DNA of 64,000 bases, from NCBI GenBank assembly GCA_965113315.1, contig OZ220368.1; one strand, 5' to 3'. The translations under genes and the position numbers were made by a program. The notes beneath the pieces were generated by a model. It was not told where the DNA came from, searched no databases, and was given only the letters and a program-made list of their open reading frames with translations. Source of the DNA: Podarcis vaucheri. Its lineage: Eukaryota. Shown here in pieces: positions 63,385 through 64,000 of this stretch. Within the stretch, counting starts at the first letter, position 1; each line of letters begins with the position of its first letter.

Positions 63385-63520
63385 CAGGCTCCCCCAACCT
63401 CAGCCCTCCAGATGCTTTTGGCCTACAACTCCCATTATCCCTAGCTAGCAGGACAAGTGGTCAGGGATGATGGGAATTGTAGTCTCAAAACATCTGGAAG
63501 GTCAAGGTTGAGGAAGCCTG
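63385..63520. mobile_element. Short hairpin-type hAT MITE
   Basis: TIRs caggctccccaacct / aggttgaggaagcctg. Perfect 8-bp TSD ctctagac. Interior shared with 18580-18715. Confidence 0.9.
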
Positions 63521-64000
63521 CTCTAGACCCAATCTGTTCAGCTACCTAGAGGATGAGGTGAGTACTGTTCTTTCATCTAGTCCAGTCATTTCTTACTCAC
63601 TTGAAGAGAGCAAGTGAACAGGAGAAGGATCATTGGGGCTCTGAGGTTTGGCATTGGGTCCCCTGATGGAGTGTGGGACTTGGCAGGTACTTGACCATAA
63701 CAGCCCCAGCTGGATACTAATTACTGTTGAATTTTATTTGTTTTTTGGTTGAAAATGACCTTGGGCCAAAATATAGCTCTGTGTGTCTGTGTGTTGCCAA
63801 AGACCAACCAGAATTCAAGTTAAGAGAGAAATGTAAAGTTTTGAAAGCAGGGAATTTCAAGTCTGGCTTAAACTGCATTTCTGCCTTTTCATAAAGGCCC
63901 TGGAGTGTGTCTAACTTAAGTTGCAGTTTTGGTTGGCAGAGATGATTTAGAGTTCCCATTTTTCATGGGGAAGAAGCTGTGAAATTTTCTGGACTCTTTC

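Overview
Vertebrate genomic DNA, most likely from a lacertid-type squamate lizard, judged from its Sauria/Squam1 SINEs with (ACCTTT)n tails, Squam3-like SINEs and tRNA-headed CR1-tailed SINEs. The window holds the 5' end of the adhesion GPCR gene ADGRL2 (latrophilin-2) on the minus strand. The first coding exon is 3812-3992, with signal peptide MVASDCRMKRFWLLLIVSFLQCTE and a phase-1 donor; the supplied ORF track misses it. Upstream lie a ~48 kb intron, a non-coding first exon ending at a strong donor at 51804, a CpG-island promoter at ~50.8-54.5 kb and ~9 kb of further upstream sequence. The rest of the gene lies beyond the left edge. Most other sequence is intronic or intergenic, with SINEs, L2/CR1 relics, hAT, Tc1-mariner and Harbinger-like MITEs, microsatellites and two assembly gaps. 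Best leads: (i) a uORF cluster in the ADGRL2 leader whose first uORF gets its N-terminus and Kozak -3 base from whichever first exon is spliced on; (ii) a candidate alternative promoter/first exon at ~33.4-33.6 kb; (iii) a young hAT MITE carrying a CpG-island-like interior with CRE and GC-box motifs. I see no evidence for a novel multi-gene system. Repeat family names are from recognition, not database searches.
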